Origin: Acidobacteriota bacterium
GTDB taxonomy: Bacteria > Acidobacteriota > UBA6911 > RPQK01 > JAJDTT01
Direction: 5' to 3'
Assembly: GCA_965219855.1 (NCBI GenBank)
Contig: CBDCOR010000022.1
Location: 835,826-899,825 of the forward strand
DNA: 64,000 bases
The number at the start of each line of letters is the position of its first letter. Position 1 is the first letter of the stretch. Both the position numbers and the translations under genes were made by a program. This document shows positions 40,371 through 50,369 of the stretch, piece by piece. The notes below the pieces were generated by a model that was not told the DNA's origin, did not search any database, and saw nothing but the letters and a program-made list of their open reading frames with translations.

Positions 40371-41216
40371 ATGCTCAAGAAATCGACCGTAATGTTTGCC
40401 TATTGGTTCCTGCTTGTCTCTTCTCCCCCCCTGTGGTCGCAGCCGCCACCCTCCACCCTTTCGGCCACCTGGTCTGACGCCGAGAAGGAGACGTTTCTGC
40501 TCAGGGCAAAAGTGGTCAAGATCCAGAAGGTCCCCATCGGTGTCACCGGGACGCGGCGAGCCACCCTTTCCGACGGACAGCAAACCCACGACGCCAGCGT
40601 CCAGTCGATCGACGTCTTTAAAGAGAAATTCACTACGCCCCGGGGCAAGGAGCTGAATTTCCGGGATAGCTACAAGTACAACATCGCCGCCTACCGCCTG
40701 GACCGACTCCTGAATCTGCACATGATTCTGGTCTCGGTCAAGCGCAAGATCAAAAGGAAGAGGGCCGCGCTTACCTGGTGGGTCGACCGGGTCAAAATGA
40801 TGGAGAAGGCACGCTTCGAGCAGAAGATCTCAGCTCCGAACCTAGCCCAATGGAACGATAAGATGTACCAGGTCCGGATCTTCAACGAACTCGTCTACAA
40901 CACGGATCCGAACATGGGGAATCTGCTCATTACCGAAGACTGGAAGCTGGTGATGATCGACTTCACCCGGGCCTTTCGATGGCACAAGGAGCTGAGGTCC
41001 CCCGAGAACCTGAACAACTGCAAACTGGACCGGAGGTTCTACGATGGGATGCGGCAGCTGAACCGGGAGGTTGTGAAGCGACGTGTGGACGGCGCACTGA
41101 CGAATAATGAGATCAAGGGAGTCATGGCCCGGCGAGAGAAGATACTGAAACACTTCGATGAGCAGATTGCCAAGCGAGGTGAATTGGCCGTGCTCTGCAG
41201 CCTGCCGGGGCATTAA
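40371..41216 (+). CDS. Secreted protein with a PI3K/PI4K-type (type II PI4K-like) atypical kinase fold.
   Basis: Strong SD (GGAGG) 7 nt upstream of the ATG. Sec signal peptide MLKKSTVMFAYWFLLVSSPPLWSQ. The catalytic-loop-like NTDPNMGNLLI resembles NTDRHxxNxLI and is followed 17 aa later by MIDFTRAF, an IDFG-like motif. Confidence 0.55.
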   Translation: MLKKSTVMFAYWFLLVSSPPLWSQPPPSTLSATWSDAEKETFLLRAKVVKIQKVPIGVTGTRRATLSDGQQTHDASVQSIDVFKEKFTTPRGKELNFRDSYKYNIAAYRLDRLLNLHMILVSVKRKIKRKRAALTWWVDRVKMMEKARFEQKISAPNLAQWNDKMYQVRIFNELVYNTDPNMGNLLITEDWKLVMIDFTRAFRWHKELRSPENLNNCKLDRRFYDGMRQLNREVVKRRVDGALTNNEIKGVMARREKILKHFDEQIAKRGELAVLCSLPGH

Positions 41217-41883
41217 ACCGTTCAAGACAAACTCCCATCCATCCGCCCGAGATCGACTGATACCCGTCCCCGCGCTCTTCCATTCTATTAGTCTCGACCT
41301 ATTGTTCCGACAGAACGACTGAAGCGAGGAGCGCGCGCGAAGTCGCATGACCGCTTGGTCTGCGCGGAATGACTGCTCTTGGCGTGCGCCGTGCAAAGGC
41401 GGCGCTTTCCCAGTGGGTGAAAGTCCCACCCGGCAACTGCTCCAGCCGGAAGCAACCGGAGCAACTAGGGAGGTAGCGAAATGGTTGAAGCCTCGGGTGA
41501 AGCGTGTCACGAATTGGTGACAGCGCGAGTGTGCAGTGCCCTTCTCTCGCCTAGACATCTGAGTTTAGCTGTCAAGGACTATTATTCACAGGGTCTCTTC
41601 CGCGGGGACTGTTTCCCCTGGGAATCCTGACCTCTTCAACAGACCATTTCCCTGGAAAGACGGACTTCCCGGGTGTAGCCTAGTGAACTGCAGCATTGCG
41701 AAGCCGAGTCCGGCAGAGCCGCGAACGATCTGATGTGTCGGCAACATGAGCCCAAGTTCCGGCCGTCGAAGACGACGAAGGCAGGAGAGAGCTGGACAAC
41801 AACAGAATCTCCCTCTCCCCGACCGAAGTTTCTTCCAGGTACGATCCGGCGCAGCCGGGGGCGGGGCTGACCCAAACTAGAGG

Positions 41884-43044
41884 ATGTCCGCTAACATCAT
41901 GCACCATCGGGCCTCGACCAAGCTCACAGCAACGGCAGCGCTGACCCTGTTGGCCCTTTCGCTCGCCTCGGATCCAGCAGGAGCGGCCGATGTCAGGTCC
42001 TGGACTACGTCGAGCTTCCTGGACCTGGTCGACGGACGCTTCAGTGACGGGGGAGTAAACACCTATGTCACGGCAACCGGCGAAGTAGTGCTGATCAATC
42101 GCAGGGACTTGAACGGCGATGGCAGCATCGACCTCGTACTTCCCAACGAACACGATTCCAACGAAAGGCCGGACCTGTTGATCTACTGGGGAGGCGACCG
42201 CTTCTCGTCCCAACGTCGGATGCAGCTCCCGACGAATGGCGGGAACGATGGAGCCGTGTCCGATCTCAACCAGGACGGCTTCCCCGATCTGATCGTGGCC
42301 AACAACTTCAATGGCACCAGGACCGACCTGGACTCCTACATCTATTGGGGAGGCCACAGGGGGCTGGACGCCTCCAGGCGGAGCGGACTTCCCACCCGAG
42401 GCGCCCAGGCCGTGGCAGTAGGCGATCTGAACCAGGACGGCCATCCCGACATCGCCTTCGCCAACAGCGGCCTTGGCTATCATGTCACAGTGGATCGCGC
42501 TAACCAGTCCTTCGTTTATTGGGGATCCTCCGGAGGCTACTCGCCGGACCGCAGGATGGTGCTCAGGACCATCAATAGTCGAGACGTGAGAATAGCGGAC
42601 TTGAACGGAGACGAGTATCCCGAGCTGATCTTCGCCAACGAGGGGAACACCGATGAGGAGGCCGGGGCACTTATCTACTGGGGTGGGGCCTCCGGAGATC
42701 ATACCGAGCGCCCCAGCACTCACCTGCCTGGGGAACGGACGTCAGCCTTGACCGTGACCGACCTGAACGGGGACGGCTTTCCAGAAATCGTGCTGGCCAA
42801 TGCCTATCGCTTGAAGACCAGAGAACTGGGTATGTACAACACGGTCGAAACGGTGTCCGTGAACTCCTACGTCTACTGGGGATCCAGACAGGGTTACTCG
42901 GTCGAAGCGAGGACATCGCTCCCGACCGTTGGAGCCTCCGACGTCGAGGCTTCCGACCTCAATCGGGATGGCCAACCCGACCTCGTCTTCGCCAACCGCT
43001 CAGGCAACGTATCCTATATCTATTGGGCCTCGAGCGAAGGTTAG
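41884..43044 (+). CDS. FG-GAP / ASPIC-type beta-propeller repeat protein, N-terminal part, ending at an in-frame TAG.
   Basis: Signal-like N-terminus. Repeats follow the pattern YIYWGGxxGFSxxRRxxLPTxGAxxVAVxDLNxDGxPD. Confidence 0.7.
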   Translation: MSANIMHHRASTKLTATAALTLLALSLASDPAGAADVRSWTTSSFLDLVDGRFSDGGVNTYVTATGEVVLINRRDLNGDGSIDLVLPNEHDSNERPDLLIYWGGDRFSSQRRMQLPTNGGNDGAVSDLNQDGFPDLIVANNFNGTRTDLDSYIYWGGHRGLDASRRSGLPTRGAQAVAVGDLNQDGHPDIAFANSGLGYHVTVDRANQSFVYWGSSGGYSPDRRMVLRTINSRDVRIADLNGDEYPELIFANEGNTDEEAGALIYWGGASGDHTERPSTHLPGERTSALTVTDLNGDGFPEIVLANAYRLKTRELGMYNTVETVSVNSYVYWGSRQGYSVEARTSLPTVGASDVEASDLNRDGQPDLVFANRSGNVSYIYWASSEG

Positions 43045-43065
43045 CGTCCCTACAAGCGTTCGGCC

Positions 43066-44769
43066 TTGCCTACCCGCAACCCTACCAGCTGCAGCGTCGG
43101 GGATGTGGATCAAGATGGGTACCCCGACCTGGCCTTCGCCCAGCGATGGGCGGCCCAATACCAGAGCTCAAAGGCCTATCTCTACTGGGGAGGAGAGGAC
43201 GGTTTCAGTCCCGAGCGGAGGTCCGAACTACCCACCTCGGACGCAACCGGGGTCCAGACGGGCGACTTGAATGGAGACGGGGCCACGGATCTTGTCTTCA
43301 TCCATGCTGCCGACACCAACCTTCCCACCCCAAGCTATATCTACTGGGGTGACCAGGACGGTAGGTTCGAAGCCAGCCGACGCAAGGCGTTGCCCAGCGG
43401 CTACGGCTTCTGCTCCAGCGCCGATCTCAACCAGGACGGTCACGTGGACCTGCTCTTTGGGGCAATCCCTGACGACCGAAATGGCGCCGGAATCTATTGG
43501 GGCTATCGTGGAAGGTATTCATCGTGCGACCGCAGCAGTCTAGGGGACGTGCCAGTCTTCGGGTCCCGGGCCGCCGATTTCAACCGGGACGGCTACCTGG
43601 ACGTTTCTCTGGGCCTGTTTGCACCCGGCAGAGCCTCATCGACCGAGATCTACTGGGGCGGCCCCTCCGGATTCTCAAGCGAGAACCGTTTCGTGTCCGG
43701 GGTTGGCGGTATCCGCGGTCACGCCCTCGGAGATCTGAACCGCGACGATTGGCTGGACATCATCTTCAGCACGACCAACAACCAGGTCGTCATCTACTGG
43801 AACAGTGCTTTAGGTTTTGACAAAGACCACACCAGTACCCTGCCTGCAAGAGCCTCCGTTTCCGTCGAAGTGGCAGATCTTAATGGAGACGGTTTCCTGG
43901 AGATCATCGTCGCCAACCTCTTCGACAGCGATCCCGCTCCTGACAAGGCCCAGTCTTTTGGGGGATCTCCTCAAGGAGACACGTTTGTTTACTGGGGCGG
44001 AGGCAAGGGGTATGAGGCGTCCCGCAGGACGGTCCTTCCTTCGGTGGGAAACGCCGACGTGGCAGTGGCGGATTTAAACAACAACGGTCTGCTCGACATG
44101 GTCCTCAGCAGCTACCACGCCGGCTACACCCGGAGCCATCCTTCCACCATCTACTGGAACAGTAGCTCCGGGTTCGATGTCTCCCGGGCTACCCAGTTGC
44201 CCACCAACTCGGCCTCAGGCGTCTATGTCAGTGACTTCGACAGAAACGGTCACGCCGACATCTTTTTCGCCTGTCACTCCAAAGCGGGCAAGCACCGCAA
44301 CGATTCCTTCTTGTATTGGGGAAGCGAGGCTGGATTTTCGACCGAGCGCAGGACCCTCCTGCCGGGTCTGGGTCCCCATCAACTGACCTCGGACGTAGGC
44401 CATATCTACGATCGGGGGGATCGCTACGACTACATCTCGCCGCCCTTCGATACGGGTTCGAAGGCTCGCCTGGAGAGCATCAGTTGGAAGGGAGACACAC
44501 CCTTCGAGACGGGACTGGAGTTTCAGGTCCGCTGGGCCGACTCGAAGGAAGCACTGGTCTCGACTCCCTGGAGGGGACCGAGCGGGCTCCAGAGCTTCTA
44601 TACCGTCTCGGGGAGCAGTCTGGCCCAGGAAGAAGTCGAGGTGCGCTGGATCCAGTACAAGGCGACTCTCGTCAGCCCTGGATCGGCCAGCTCGCCGGTT
44701 CTGAAATCGGTGTCCATCCACTACTTTCCTAGCGGTGGGGATGTTTTTCGCGATCAACGCTTCGAATAG
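43066..44769 (+). CDS. FG-GAP repeat protein continuing in the same frame as 41884-43044.
   Basis: The same repeat unit continues across the TAG (…IYWASSEG * RPYKRSALPTRNPTSCSVGDVDQDGYPDLAFA…). The C-terminal 150 aa form a non-repeat domain. Confidence 0.7.
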   Translation: MPTRNPTSCSVGDVDQDGYPDLAFAQRWAAQYQSSKAYLYWGGEDGFSPERRSELPTSDATGVQTGDLNGDGATDLVFIHAADTNLPTPSYIYWGDQDGRFEASRRKALPSGYGFCSSADLNQDGHVDLLFGAIPDDRNGAGIYWGYRGRYSSCDRSSLGDVPVFGSRAADFNRDGYLDVSLGLFAPGRASSTEIYWGGPSGFSSENRFVSGVGGIRGHALGDLNRDDWLDIIFSTTNNQVVIYWNSALGFDKDHTSTLPARASVSVEVADLNGDGFLEIIVANLFDSDPAPDKAQSFGGSPQGDTFVYWGGGKGYEASRRTVLPSVGNADVAVADLNNNGLLDMVLSSYHAGYTRSHPSTIYWNSSSGFDVSRATQLPTNSASGVYVSDFDRNGHADIFFACHSKAGKHRNDSFLYWGSEAGFSTERRTLLPGLGPHQLTSDVGHIYDRGDRYDYISPPFDTGSKARLESISWKGDTPFETGLEFQVRWADSKEALVSTPWRGPSGLQSFYTVSGSSLAQEEVEVRWIQYKATLVSPGSASSPVLKSVSIHYFPSGGDVFRDQRFE

Positions 44770-44789
44770 CAAGTCTCGGCCGAATCGAC

Positions 44790-45572
44790 TCACCAGAGGG
44801 TATAGCCCCCATCAATGACGATGGCAGCCCCGGTGACATATCGGGAGGCGTCACTGGCCAGATAGACAGCCAGTGGGCCAATGTCCTCCACCCGGCCGAA
44901 GTCCCCCATCGGAATCTGTTTCTTGAAGGTCTCGATGACCTCCGGGTGCTCCTTGGCCCAGCGGTGGTTTGGTTCCGTCATGAAGCCCCCGGGACATATG
45001 GCGTTGGCCGTCACTTCGTGGGGAGCCCAATCGGCTGCTGTTGCCTTGGTTAACTGGATGACGGCGGCTTTTGCCGTTTCGTAACTCCGGCCGCCGACGT
45101 CTCGGCTCACTACCAATCCTGTGATAGAGGCGTTGTTGATGATCCGACCTCCCTTTCCTCGGCGGACCATTGCTCCTCCGATGATTTTCGTGCACAGAAA
45201 GGTGCTAGTCAGGTTGAGGTCCAGGATCTCCTGCCATTTTTCCAGCGGCAGGTCCTGGGTCGGGATATTGATTCGACGCCCCCCCACATTGTTGATGAGG
45301 ATATCTATGGGACCATAGTCCTGCAGGCCCATTTCGCAGGCCCGCTCACACTCTTCCGGCTTTCCCACATCCGCCTGAATCGTGGACGCATTTCGGCCCA
45401 GATTCTGAGCGTCCTGCGCCGTTTTCTCCAAGCTTTGTGCGTCTCGTCCTACCAGCACCACATCGGCACCGGCATCGGCGATGGCAAGAGCCATTTCTCT
45501 GCCCAACCCTCTACTTCCACCGGTAATGAAGAGACGTTTTCCGTCCAGCCGAAAACGATCGAATATACTCAC
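44790..45572 (-). CDS. SDR-family oxidoreductase.
   Basis: TGGSRGLGRE, NNVG, YETAKAA. Confidence 0.8.
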   Translation of the reverse strand: MSIFDRFRLDGKRLFITGGSRGLGREMALAIADAGADVVLVGRDAQSLEKTAQDAQNLGRNASTIQADVGKPEECERACEMGLQDYGPIDILINNVGGRRINIPTQDLPLEKWQEILDLNLTSTFLCTKIIGGAMVRRGKGGRIINNASITGLVVSRDVGGRSYETAKAAVIQLTKATAADWAPHEVTANAICPGGFMTEPNHRWAKEHPEVIETFKKQIPMGDFGRVEDIGPLAVYLASDASRYVTGAAIVIDGGYTLW

Positions 45573-45623
45573 GATCTACCTCCTACTTTTCCTCTGGTGT
45601 CCTCAGATCCTAATCTACTCCAG

Positions 45624-46709
45624 CTACTCTTCGTGAGACGCCTGTTCTGTTAGATCCCAGGGTGGGGGGACGTTGGCTTCCCGGCTCGTCTGCTCGAGCC
45701 AGGGGAGCACTGCGGGGGGGACTGGGATACCGTTCAGGGACCGCTCTTGCACGGCCTCGTGCTCCATCTCGCCCGGGACATAGACTCGTTCCTGGCCGGG
45801 GACAGTGGGAGTGTCGTGCATCGAATCGATGAGGGTATCCATCATCGCCTTGAAGTCCGATGGGTCCTGGAATGCCTTTATGTCGATAGCCGCCAGCAGG
45901 TGATAGTTCTCGCCCGCCTGCATCGCGGGTCCGATATTGCCCCCGGAGAGGACGCCGCAGAGGATGTCCACCATCAGTCCTAGCCCATAGCCTTTGTGGC
46001 TGCCGTGTTCCGGATCGCCGCCAAGGGGGAGATAGCGTCCTTTCTGAGAAGCGATAGTGGAGTCGGTCAAGGGTCTTCCCTCCTCGTCCACGACCCAACC
46101 TTCAGGCAGCTGCTTGCCTGCCAGATGGGAAGTGTAGACCTTGCCCCCAGAGACCACGGTGGTCGCCATGTCCAGCTCAAAGGCAGGATGCTTGCCGGCC
46201 GGCGCGGCCAAGCTCAAGGGATTGGTTCCCAGTCGGGGATCGGTTCCGAAGGTGGGGACGGCGGCGGCCTTGCAGTTGGTCATGGTCAATCCAATCATGT
46301 TCCTGTGGACGGCCATGAGAGGGTAGAAGGAAGCCATTCCCAGATGGGTGCTGTGGGTCACCGAGACCATTCCAATGCCGTGGATTGGGGCTCGCTCCAT
46401 CGCCAGCTCCATGGCTTCCCAGGCTGCCACCTGGCCAAAGGCCAGATCGCCGTCCAGCAGGAGTGTAGCCCCTTGATCTCTGAGGATCTCCATCTCTGGT
46501 TCGAGATTGATCTTGCCCTGGTCGATCCGCTCCAGGTAGGGTCGCAGGCAGGTGAAGACCCCGTGGGAGTCGACGGCTCTCAGGTTGGCGGTTACCAGCA
46601 CCTCCACCACCCGCGTTGCATCGGCGGGACTTACTCCCTTCGCCAGCAGGATTTTCTCGGCCCAGCGGCTCAAGGGTACGGCCTGGATGGAACGCTGCGA
46701 TTGGCTCAT
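45624..46709 (-). CDS. Ldh2-family (malate/L-lactate/sulfolactate dehydrogenase type 2) oxidoreductase.
   Basis: The start is taken at MSQSQRSIQ. The family blocks HGxxxVSVTHSTHLG and GGxKGYGLGLMVDIL are present. Confidence 0.7.
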   Translation of the reverse strand: MSQSQRSIQAVPLSRWAEKILLAKGVSPADATRVVEVLVTANLRAVDSHGVFTCLRPYLERIDQGKINLEPEMEILRDQGATLLLDGDLAFGQVAAWEAMELAMERAPIHGIGMVSVTHSTHLGMASFYPLMAVHRNMIGLTMTNCKAAAVPTFGTDPRLGTNPLSLAAPAGKHPAFELDMATTVVSGGKVYTSHLAGKQLPEGWVVDEEGRPLTDSTIASQKGRYLPLGGDPEHGSHKGYGLGLMVDILCGVLSGGNIGPAMQAGENYHLLAAIDIKAFQDPSDFKAMMDTLIDSMHDTPTVPGQERVYVPGEMEHEAVQERSLNGIPVPPAVLPWLEQTSREANVPPPWDLTEQASHEE

Positions 46710-46738
46710 TCCGGTTCTACACTCAGCCCGAAGAATCT

Positions 46739-49294
46739 TTACCTTTGTCTTGGTTCGTTGCAACGGTCCAGAAAAGCGTGGCCGCACAGCTCTGGGTCCG
46801 AAAACGGAAGTAAAAAAAGCCAGTCGGCAGCCTCGTAGAGGATCACGTCGGCTGCCTCGTCCGGATGCGACAGGACCTCACAGATGATCGCTTCGCGTCG
46901 ACGGCGCGCGGCTTCTCGATCCTCCGCCCGGAGCGTTTCCTGCGCTTCGTAGAAGAAGCTCCGAGGGCCGCGGAAGGACGAGCCGTGATTGTCCGCCAGG
47001 TCGGCAAACGACTCACGAAGAAAGAGCTGGAACGGCTCCGGGTCGGGCATGCCCCGCACACCGAAGAGGACCGGTTCGGTCGGGAGTCCCTCGAGATCCA
47101 CCATCGCCATGCCTTCCCCGATGCTGCGGATGTGATTGATCGTCGACCACACACCGGCGTAGTTCGGGCCGTAGGGGGTGCCGTCCTGGCGTGCCATGGT
47201 CTCGAGGCCTCGTTTCACCGCGCGCACGGCCTCCTCGCGCGGCGGTAGCACGATCCGGGTGCGGACGCCAGGGAACGCTGTCGCGAAGGCTTCAAGCAAT
47301 CGGCGCACGCCTCGGGCAACTTCGCGGTTGCGCACGAAGCGCCAGCGAAACGGCGAATCCTCGGACTGGCAGCGCTCAGCCCATTCGCCGCGCTGCCACG
47401 TCGTGATTCGCTCGACGCTCCGCGGGTCGGCGGACCAGTCCTTGAGGACGGAATCTTCCGCCGCCGACAGTGGGGCATAGGCGCGATCGATGCCCAGGTG
47501 TGAGTAGCGTTTTCGTTCCGCCCGGTACTTGATAAGCGGCTGGATGCCTTCCGCCCCGTCGGCCTGGTAGGCCGCCAGCTGCACGTGAGACCGCGTGTTG
47601 ACTAAGATCTCGTCGAACGCCTCGAGGGCGAGGAGCGTGGAGACCTCCTTCACGGCATTAGCGCGCATTGCCGGCCTATTGAGATCCATCATTTCCACCG
47701 ACCATGGGGCTCCAAGATCGATCACGAGCTCGTGTCCCCGCAGGGGCAAACGCTCCGGCCCGCCTCGCAACAACGAGTAAGACGATTCGGTGGCGTAAAA
47801 CTCGGTGTAAGGCTGACCGTCGCTGGGGATTCCCGCGACTCTGGTGCGGCCCTCCGGGTCGAGCGAGGGGTCCAAGGCCCAAAACACGTTCTCGCGACCC
47901 AATCGGTTCCCCGCTTGCGACCATAAGCGGAGCGGCTCCAGCACCGGGACCTCGATCGATTCTTCGGCGGCCAAGGGATTCGACAGAACGAGAAAACGAT
48001 AGTGGCTCGGCACATTGAGACCCGTGACGCGCACGCGGTCGCCTTCATGCTCGACGTCGTATCCCGAAAGTACATGGCGCTGCGCTCGTGCTCGCGACCG
48101 AAACTCCCCAAAACGACGCACCCGGAACCGCCCTGAGGGCTGGCGCTGGAGAACGAACGAATCCTCCTTGAGCGGCGCGTAGTTCGCAGCCACGATGTGG
48201 AGGTTGTCGCGGCTCCTCTTGTAACGCTCGACGAACGAAGCGGCACCGTGCCCACCGGCAAACTCGATCGTCCCCAGTCGTCCTTTCGCCTCGTGCCCCA
48301 TCTCTCGCAGCACCGTGCGGTAGTGCGCGAAGCTGGTCTCTGCAGGGTGGTAGTTCAGCGCAGGCGTTGCCATCGGCAAGAAAGGCCAGAGAAACCTGCC
48401 GTTATGGTCGAACGCCGGGATCTCGTAGTATTTGGTCAGCGCTGTCTCGAAGGGGTGAAAGCTTGCCGTCAGTCGAATGCCGTGGTCCAACGCACTTTGG
48501 GAGAGCATCGATCCGAAGTCACGCTTGAGACGGATTGTGCACAGCTGTCGTATCCATCCCCAAGGCACGTGAAGTCCCCACTGGCCGGCGGCGCTCCCCC
48601 GCTTCCTGGCCTCGAAGAGCTTCTGGAGCTCTTCGCTCTGCGCGATGGCGCTCGCTTGTTGCTCGTAGCGTCTCCAGTCCTCCAGGCTATAATTGCCCGG
48701 GGCACAAATGTAGGGAAACGGACTGAGCCAGACGACCAATCGGACGATTCCTTGCCCCTGACAGCGCCTAAAGTACTGATCAAAGCCACTTTTTGCGATC
48801 GGCCGCCAATGCCCGTCGCGTGGATCCATAAAGATGCGAATGAGGTCGTCACCGAAGTCGGCAAGGTAGGAGATCGGGCGATCGGGCGGCGCCGTGCGGA
48901 CAGTGAGCTGCTGCGCCTCGTCGCCGCCGGGCAGCGTCAGGGAGACGTCGAGCGTAAACTCAAGTGCTGTCGCGTCTCCCCGCGCGACGACCGCGAGCTT
49001 TTGCTCCGAGGTCAAGCTGACGGTGATCCCCGAGAAGGCCAGTTCTTTTCCCTGAGCCAACGTCTTATCGCCGCGACGAGCGACGAAGTCAGGACGAACC
49101 TCCCGAGGCAGCTTGCGCTCGAGGAACGGCCAACTCCGCGTCCCCCCGCGCACGTAACAAAATGGCACCTCGGTGTTGCGCTCCGACAGGTAGATGTTCT
49201 CCGCCCGTGTCTCGCTCCCCATGAGGAGCCAAAGCATCGCGAGCCAGATCCCAGGCGCGATTGCGAGGCGCCTCCTGGTTCGTGTACCTCTCAT
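46739..49294 (-). CDS. Large secreted hypothetical protein of 851 aa, possibly a glycoside-hydrolase-like TIM barrel.
   Basis: Signal peptide. A long ORF with no confident motif. Confidence 0.45.
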   Translation of the reverse strand: MRGTRTRRRLAIAPGIWLAMLWLLMGSETRAENIYLSERNTEVPFCYVRGGTRSWPFLERKLPREVRPDFVARRGDKTLAQGKELAFSGITVSLTSEQKLAVVARGDATALEFTLDVSLTLPGGDEAQQLTVRTAPPDRPISYLADFGDDLIRIFMDPRDGHWRPIAKSGFDQYFRRCQGQGIVRLVVWLSPFPYICAPGNYSLEDWRRYEQQASAIAQSEELQKLFEARKRGSAAGQWGLHVPWGWIRQLCTIRLKRDFGSMLSQSALDHGIRLTASFHPFETALTKYYEIPAFDHNGRFLWPFLPMATPALNYHPAETSFAHYRTVLREMGHEAKGRLGTIEFAGGHGAASFVERYKRSRDNLHIVAANYAPLKEDSFVLQRQPSGRFRVRRFGEFRSRARAQRHVLSGYDVEHEGDRVRVTGLNVPSHYRFLVLSNPLAAEESIEVPVLEPLRLWSQAGNRLGRENVFWALDPSLDPEGRTRVAGIPSDGQPYTEFYATESSYSLLRGGPERLPLRGHELVIDLGAPWSVEMMDLNRPAMRANAVKEVSTLLALEAFDEILVNTRSHVQLAAYQADGAEGIQPLIKYRAERKRYSHLGIDRAYAPLSAAEDSVLKDWSADPRSVERITTWQRGEWAERCQSEDSPFRWRFVRNREVARGVRRLLEAFATAFPGVRTRIVLPPREEAVRAVKRGLETMARQDGTPYGPNYAGVWSTINHIRSIGEGMAMVDLEGLPTEPVLFGVRGMPDPEPFQLFLRESFADLADNHGSSFRGPRSFFYEAQETLRAEDREAARRRREAIICEVLSHPDEAADVILYEAADWLFLLPFSDPELCGHAFLDRCNEPRQR

Positions 49295-49322
49295 GCGATG
49301 TCTCTGTGGTCAGTTTCTGCGA

Positions 49323-50369
49323 TCACTTCTTGGCGCGGGTTGTGATCGGCACGAACTTTTGTGCCCGCTCGCTGTAGATTTCCCCGACGTAGAGATTGCC
49401 CTTCGAGTCCTGCGCGATGCAGTGTATGCCCACCGCCTCGCCGGGCTTGAGTCGAGACACGTCGGGGTTGTCCTTATCTTCTCCGATGTCGCCGAGCGGA
49501 ATCGACCAGAGCTGTAGCACGCGACCGCTGCGGTTGAAGCGTACGAACATCTGGTCTTTGAACTCCGGGTACTTCTCGTCGCGGAGCCACCAGTGCGGTG
49601 AGGATCCGACGACCCAGAGGTCGTCGCCGCTGACCGACAGGCCCCAAGGCATGATCACATTCGCCCACTGATCGAGAAACTTGCCTTGCTGGTCAAAGAT
49701 CTGGATGCGTGCGCTGTTGCGGTCCGCGACGTACAGCTTGCCAGTGGAGTCAACCACGATCGCGTGCGGCAGGACGAATTCTCCGGGTCCGGAGCCATAG
49801 CTCCCCCAGGCCTTGACGAACCTTCCTTGCTTGTCGAAATGGACGATCCTGCGGTTGCCGTAACCATCCGTGACGAAAACGTCGCCCTCGGAGGTAATGG
49901 CCATATCCGTCGGCATGTTGAAGTGTGTTTCGTCAGCGCCCTTGTCTCCTCGGACCCCGAGGGTCTGAAGGAGCTTTCCCTCCGGCGTGAACTTTTGCAC
50001 CACGTGCAAACCAAAATCGGCAACCCAGATGTTTCCCTCAGAGTCAATTCGCAAGTGGTGTGGATTCTTGAACAAACCCGTACCCCAGCTGCGCACGAAC
50101 TTCCCCTCGGCGGTATAGACCTGGACCGGATCAGGCCCTTTTCTGAAGAACCAGACTTGATCTTTGCCGTCGATCGCCAGGCCGGAGACCCAGCCAGCCC
50201 CGCCGACATGTTTGGGACGCTGGGGCCAGTCGGGATCGACGTCGTACTCGACAATCGTCGGCTGCTCGGCAAAGCTCGGATACTGCGCGCTCACGTACGC
50301 GCCGGTGAAGATCAGCGTCAAGGCCAGGACGAGCAGCAGCGGGTAGAGCGGACGGCGGTGTGTAGGCAT
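49323..50369 (-). CDS. Secreted NHL-repeat six-bladed beta-propeller protein, peptidylglycine-amidating-lyase-like.
   Basis: The start is taken at MPTHRRPLYPLLLV (signal). NHL repeats are present (NPHHLRIDSEGNIWVADFGLHVV, MPTDMAITSEGDVFVTDGYGNRRI, LPHAIVVDSTGKLYVADRNSARI). Confidence 0.7.
   Translation of the reverse strand: MPTHRRPLYPLLLVLALTLIFTGAYVSAQYPSFAEQPTIVEYDVDPDWPQRPKHVGGAGWVSGLAIDGKDQVWFFRKGPDPVQVYTAEGKFVRSWGTGLFKNPHHLRIDSEGNIWVADFGLHVVQKFTPEGKLLQTLGVRGDKGADETHFNMPTDMAITSEGDVFVTDGYGNRRIVHFDKQGRFVKAWGSYGSGPGEFVLPHAIVVDSTGKLYVADRNSARIQIFDQQGKFLDQWANVIMPWGLSVSGDDLWVVGSSPHWWLRDEKYPEFKDQMFVRFNRSGRVLQLWSIPLGDIGEDKDNPDVSRLKPGEAVGIHCIAQDSKGNLYVGEIYSERAQKFVPITTRAKK

Noticed and set aside
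41680-42723. A 347-aa minus-strand ORF overlapping the FG-GAP gene.
   Set aside because: It is antisense to a gene with a clear repeat architecture. It has no motif and a GC-driven open frame.
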